From assembly GCA_045598585.1 (NCBI GenBank), contig JAZLMG010000027.1:4380-68379 (forward strand): a stretch of 64,000 bases of DNA. The letters are read 5' to 3'. Below are positions 62,996-64,000 of this stretch, piece after piece; the stretch's first letter is position 1, and every line of letters starts with the position of its first letter. The DNA comes from Kiritimatiellia bacterium (GTDB taxonomy: Bacteria > Verrucomicrobiota > Kiritimatiellia > RFP12 > UBA1067). The position numbers and the translations under genes were made by a program. The notes beneath the pieces are model-generated. The model was given only the letters and a program-made list of their open reading frames with translations, had not been told where the DNA came from and searched no databases.

Positions 62996-63412
62996 ATGCA
63001 CGACGTATTTTTATCGTTAGGGACTAATCTCGGTAATCGCGCGGCGAATCTCGCCGAGGCGAAACGCCTCCTTGCCGATAAGTTGGGGACAGTCCCCAAG
63101 TTTGTCTCTTCGGGAGTTATCGAGACGGAGCCCGTCGATGTCCCTGAAGAATTCGCCGCGCTCAAGTTTCTTAATGAAATGATCCTTGTGAAGACCGAGA
63201 AAGGACCCTACGAAGTCTCGGAAATCGTTCACGGAATCGAAGACGAGATGGGGAGAGTCAGATCGGTCAAGAACGGACCCCGCGTAATCGATATCGATAT
63301 TATCGCTTATGACGATCTCGTCCTTGATGATCCCGTCTTGACGCTTCCTCATCCGCGCGCGATGGAGCGCGATTTTGTCCGCCTCCCGTGGCAAGCTCTA
63401 AAAGGTAAGTAA
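62996..63412 (+). CDS. folK: 2-amino-4-hydroxy-6-hydroxymethyldihydropteridine diphosphokinase (HPPK)
   Basis: 138 aa: LSLGTNLGNR…IDIDIIAYDD…LTLPHPRAMERDFV. Confidence 0.85.
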   Translation: MHDVFLSLGTNLGNRAANLAEAKRLLADKLGTVPKFVSSGVIETEPVDVPEEFAALKFLNEMILVKTEKGPYEVSEIVHGIEDEMGRVRSVKNGPRVIDIDIIAYDDLVLDDPVLTLPHPRAMERDFVRLPWQALKGK

Positions 63413-63413
63413 T

Positions 63414-64000
63414 ATGGAAAACTTCGGTCTTTATCTCGTTATCACCAACCCGACTGTCGGCTATGAGGAATGTGCACGTGCTGCAGTTAAAGCGGGGGTA
63501 AAGATAATTCAGCTTCGCATGAAACATGTCTCGCGCGAGGAGATTATCGAGGAAGCGCAGAAAATGAGGGCGGTAACGAAAGGTACCGATACTCTCTTTA
63601 TCGTTAACGATGATCCCGAAATCGCCGCGCTTGTGGAAGCGGACGGCGTTCATGTCGGACAAGGCGATATGAGTCCCAAGGAAGTTCGCGCGAAATACCC
63701 GACTCTAAAGATTGTCGGCCTTTCGACACATAATATTGACCAGGTCAAAGCTTCCTTGGGAGAGCCGATTGATTATATCGGAGTTGGGCCTGTTTACGCA
63801 ACTCCGACGAAGGATATTCCCGACCCAACTTTAGGCCCTGATACTGCTGCGGAAATGATTCGTCTTTCCAAAGTCCCGGCAGTCACTATCGGAGGGCTCG
63901 ACCTCGAAACCGTAAAGCCGGTAATCGCCAAAGGAGCCAAGAATTTCGCAATCGTTCGAGCCGTCTGCAAGTCGACCGATCCGTATTCCGAGATAGTAAA
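63414..64000 (+). CDS. thiE: thiamine-phosphate synthase (3' end beyond the window)
   Basis: Open frame from ATG 63414 to the window edge: LYLVITNP…IIQLRMK…GVHVGQGD…IGVGPVYATPTK…TIGG. Confidence 0.85.
   Translation, partial: MENFGLYLVITNPTVGYEECARAAVKAGVKIIQLRMKHVSREEIIEEAQKMRAVTKGTDTLFIVNDDPEIAALVEADGVHVGQGDMSPKEVRAKYPTLKIVGLSTHNIDQVKASLGEPIDYIGVGPVYATPTKDIPDPTLGPDTAAEMIRLSKVPAVTIGGLDLETVKPVIAKGAKNFAIVRAVCKSTDPYSEIV

Overview
This 64-kb window comes from a diderm, rod-shaped bacterium. The EF-Tu C-terminus and overall gene content suggest the PVC superphylum, but that is an inference. Every gene I can support is on the + strand.

Core blocks, in order:
- CNNM and EamA transporters
- hom-lysC
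- mreBCD-mrdA-rodA-rng
- lptD-lpxK-murJ
- a TPR / ExbB / ExbD / ExbD cluster whose membrane-anchored partner is not a TonB
- a sulfur-themed cluster: metY, an Rrf2 regulator, cysK, bioB, mnmA, thi4
- lolED plus a response regulator
- tRNA-Thr, tuf, rpmG, tRNA-Trp, secE, nusG, rplKAJL, then folK-thiE

Between about 31.95 and 53.07 kb lies a mosaic accessory region that looks more A/T-rich by eye (not computed). It contains:
- an AAA+/wHTH ATPase
- an orphan promoter-terminator unit (sRNA candidate)
- seven exact-period 22-bp repeats, each with a 12-bp palindrome
- a GH89 alpha-N-acetylglucosaminidase
- an AAA_14/DUF4143 ATPase
- a 3,163-aa secreted LamG/beta-helix giant protein
- an array of short co-oriented cassettes: an HUH-Y1 transposase fused to a DprA-like domain, DUF3800, phd-parE, a truncated DUF3800, and two killer/antidote pairs

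The cassettes are separated by a reiterated junction module made of a 55-nt hairpin element, a TTCCGC-N9-GCGGAA inverted repeat and a near-identical promoter. Relic copies of the giant gene's 3' end are interspersed among them. This array is my top candidate for an undescribed system.

The tuf gene at the canonical locus has aberrant G2, G4 and G5 motifs. All coordinates and motifs were read by eye. No database searches or folding calculations were run.
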